From Nitrospirota bacterium (GTDB lineage Bacteria; Nitrospirota; Nitrospiria; Nitrospirales; NS-4): 64,000 bases of DNA. Positions 61,960-64,000 of this stretch are shown piece after piece. How positions within the stretch are numbered: position 1 is the first letter of the stretch; the number at the start of each line of letters is the position of its first letter. A program made the position numbers and the translations under genes. The stretch covers positions 128,001-192,000 of the forward strand of contig CAWBGA010000005.1 of assembly GCA_963788195.1 (NCBI GenBank), in the 5' to 3' direction. Under the pieces are notes generated by a model, which saw only the letters and a list, made by a program, of their open reading frames with translations, was not told the origin of the DNA and ran no database searches.

Positions 61960-63363
61960 TTAAAAGTATGTAGCCACGGAGACCACGAGCCCATCGTTTC
62001 TGATGCGATTGTTCTTGCCGTCTTCATAATTGAACTGATAGTCCACCTTAAAGACCGTGTCCTCCACCGGTCGGAAATTCAGGCCAAGCGTCAGGCGCTC
62101 GCGACTGGTCGACGACAGTTCACTGTTGGTATTGACCTGGTCCCACCGGACAACCGCCGTGAACGTGGACGCGTCGGTAAAATGCGACGGCGCCCAGCGC
62201 CGGAGTGATGCTGGCATAAAATGATAATTGCCCTGCACGTAAAAGCCGTCCATTCGGCGGGGGCGGAGCGTACCGGTGGCCGGATCGATGGCGAAAGTGC
62301 CATCCAGGTTGAGATGGTTGTCACGGACGTAGGCCCAGGCGGCCTCTCCGATCAGTTCAAACGGACCCCGTTGGAGCGTCCAGTCTACGGCCCAGAGGCT
62401 GAGAGGCCGCTTGCTGGCAGGATCATAGCTGCCGTAATACCCCGAGCCGCCGACTTCAACGCCCAGGAACGGGCTGAAGGCCATCCGGCCGACCACCGCC
62501 TTGCCGTTATTGTTGTCCAGGCCATCATCGGCCGTCGTAGCGACCCGTTGTCTTGCGTTCCTGAGCCCGCTGGCCGCGCCGATCACCGGAGCGCCGGTGG
62601 TGTCATACCCTTGAAATCCCTGTGTCACGTACAGTTCATAGTCCAGCTTTGACAACCGGGTGGGATACACCGTGCCGTACAATCCCGCGCCGGTTTCGGA
62701 TAGCGTGGAGGGGATAATGGCCGTTGAGACCAGAGGCCGATCCGAAAGATCATTCAGGGGAGAATCGTGGAGCAGGTTGAACTTGCCGATCGGCAGCAAG
62801 ATGATGCCGGCCCGCAAATTGAGTGGTTCCGTGATCAAGTAATCGATATGCGCGAACTCGAGGCTGACCTCGATGCCGCCTGAAGATGCTTGTGCGGACT
62901 TGGACCGGATGCCGTGCTCGATTTCAAGCTCGGCTGCGACTTTCAGCCGATCGGTGATGTCCGCGTAGAAGAACGGGACGAAGCGTTGCTGGTCAAAGCT
63001 GCTGCTGCCGGATCCCGTCCCCGGCTGTCCGGGCCCCGTTGACGCCGGGCTGCTGAAGGTCCGGTATTGCAGGTCCATATAGCCGCCGACCGTGGCCTTC
63101 GGGGCAGACACAAACGGCTTCGCATAAATCAGCTTGCCGCTGCCGGTACTTCCAAATCCGAGCTGCTTTTCGCCTTCCTTTTTGCCCTTGACGGCTGATT
63201 CTTCCGCCTCGTGCTTCTTCAGATCGCTGAGCTCTTTTTCCACGGTGCCGAGTCGCTTTCTCATTGCATCGAATTCCTCATCCGACACGACAGCCCCCAC
63301 GTCGGCGGGAACGTTGAACAATAGACACAGTGATAGGACCCCGAGTAACGAGAACCGTTGCAT
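61960..63363 (-). CDS. Outer-membrane porin-like beta-barrel
   Basis: GGAGG RBS, signal peptide, coiled coil, GGY.D, ELEIEH, LEFA.IDY, G.FNL.H, C-terminal YF. Confidence 0.82.
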   Translation of the reverse strand: MQRFSLLGVLSLCLLFNVPADVGAVVSDEEFDAMRKRLGTVEKELSDLKKHEAEESAVKGKKEGEKQLGFGSTGSGKLIYAKPFVSAPKATVGGYMDLQYRTFSSPASTGPGQPGTGSGSSSFDQQRFVPFFYADITDRLKVAAELEIEHGIRSKSAQASSGGIEVSLEFAHIDYLITEPLNLRAGIILLPIGKFNLLHDSPLNDLSDRPLVSTAIIPSTLSETGAGLYGTVYPTRLSKLDYELYVTQGFQGYDTTGAPVIGAASGLRNARQRVATTADDGLDNNNGKAVVGRMAFSPFLGVEVGGSGYYGSYDPASKRPLSLWAVDWTLQRGPFELIGEAAWAYVRDNHLNLDGTFAIDPATGTLRPRRMDGFYVQGNYHFMPASLRRWAPSHFTDASTFTAVVRWDQVNTNSELSSTSRERLTLGLNFRPVEDTVFKVDYQFNYEDGKNNRIRNDGLVVSVATYF

Positions 63364-63385
63364 GGTAGACCTCCTGTGCTGAGTG

Positions 63386-63587
63386 TTAAACGGGACTCGG
63401 GGTCCTCTGTTGCCATCCTTGAATATCGCCGAAAGGGATCACCACTACGCGTTTGCACCGCCGGCATTTGAGCTTCGATGCCGCGGGCCACGATCTTCGC
63501 GAGCAGGTTGCCGCATTCACAGCGATGCGGTGCGAAGGCGCTGGATTCAACGGGGCTCTTCACCGCACCAACCGCGTGCGCAACCAC
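63386..63587 (-). CDS. Com-like zinc-ribbon protein 2 (one extra base near 63472)
   Basis: HRCECGNLLAKIVARGIE, then LKCRRCKRVVVIPF...RTPSPV* in the shifted frame. Confidence 0.72.
63392..63407 (-). promoter_or_regulatory. Com-like RNA motif in the last codons of com-like gene 2, upstream of the porin RBS
   Basis: GAGGACCCCGAGTCCC (stem GGAC/GTCC, loop CCCGA). Confidence 0.62.
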
Positions 63588-63667
63588 CTAGCCCGACCAC
63601 GTTCGCGCATCATCCAATCCACCCCTGTACGACACTGCGTAAGGCGAACGTCACTTGCCTAAATGGC

Positions 63668-63721
63668 ATCTCATGATTTTGAGAACGAGTACTAGTATCT
63701 GAATGTCCAGAATGGTGTCAA
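63668..63721 (-). promoter_or_regulatory. Putative promoter and operator for the com2-porin operon
   Basis: TTGACA at 63716-63721; the 12-mer TGATTTTGAGAA is shared with the 60258-60269 box. Confidence 0.5.
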
Positions 63722-63773
63722 GGGATTAGTGATGCCTGGCGAAATGGGACCGGCAGACGGGCGGAGATCCGTT

Positions 63774-64000
63774 CTAGGGCAGGGGGAACACAACAATATG
63801 CGTGGCGACGATCTTAAGGTCCACAGGGGCGCCGATCGGATAGACGGTGGTGGATCCTTCACTGCTATGCAGCAATTGGCCTGAGGGAAGCACCACGGCA
63901 TAGAGATTTTCCGAGCCTCTAAAGGTCCGGCAGACTATCCGCGCGGCTCCGGGGGACGCCGGCACGATATGCACATCGTCCGGGCGGATCATGATCTCAA
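63774..64000 (-). CDS. C-terminal TOBE domain of an ABC ATP-binding protein (FbpC/PotA-like; 5' end outside window)
   Basis: IRPDDV, R.FRGSENLY.V.LPSG. Confidence 0.7.
   Translation of the reverse strand, partial: EIMIRPDDVHIVPASPGAARIVCRTFRGSENLYAVVLPSGQLLHSSEGSTTVYPIGAPVDLKIVATHIVVFPLP

Noticed and set aside
59334..63587. Mu-like prophage, suggested by the com-like genes
   Set aside because: No transposase, structural, lysis or mom/methylase genes; neighbours are host envelope and iron genes.

Overview
A bacterial chromosomal window of roughly 58-60% GC (estimated by eye). Gene content (dabB-nuoM-like-dabA-PII carbon-uptake locus, many small Cys-rich proteins) suggests Nitrospirota; this is inference. 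Main blocks: amino-acid permease, two mlaA paralogs, queA, spoIID-like, asd, IS110 remnant; an OvoA/EgtB-like sulfoxide synthase with egtD and an OpuC-type ABC transporter; leuCDB; a decayed TA/Fic patch; a duplicated and reciprocally trimmed DAB operon; tadA, two tRNA-Ser, SRP RNA, dnaX-ybaB-recR-dksA; tRNA-Val; and a 12-kb iron region (bfd, bfr, tonB-exbBD, fecI, truncated fecR, porin, FMN-binding protein). More than a dozen small frameshifts, some in housekeeping genes, point to assembly indel errors, so most broken genes are probably intact. Best candidate for a new system: two phage-Mu Com-like Cys4 zinc-ribbon genes in the iron region, plus six sense-strand 5'-leader copies of a GAG-N2-CC-N2-GAG-N2-CC hairpin motif with compensatory stem changes. 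Two copies overlap intrinsic terminators just downstream of Fur-like boxes. This suggests a Com-type RNA-level iron regulon. All calls come from reading motifs by eye; no searches were run.
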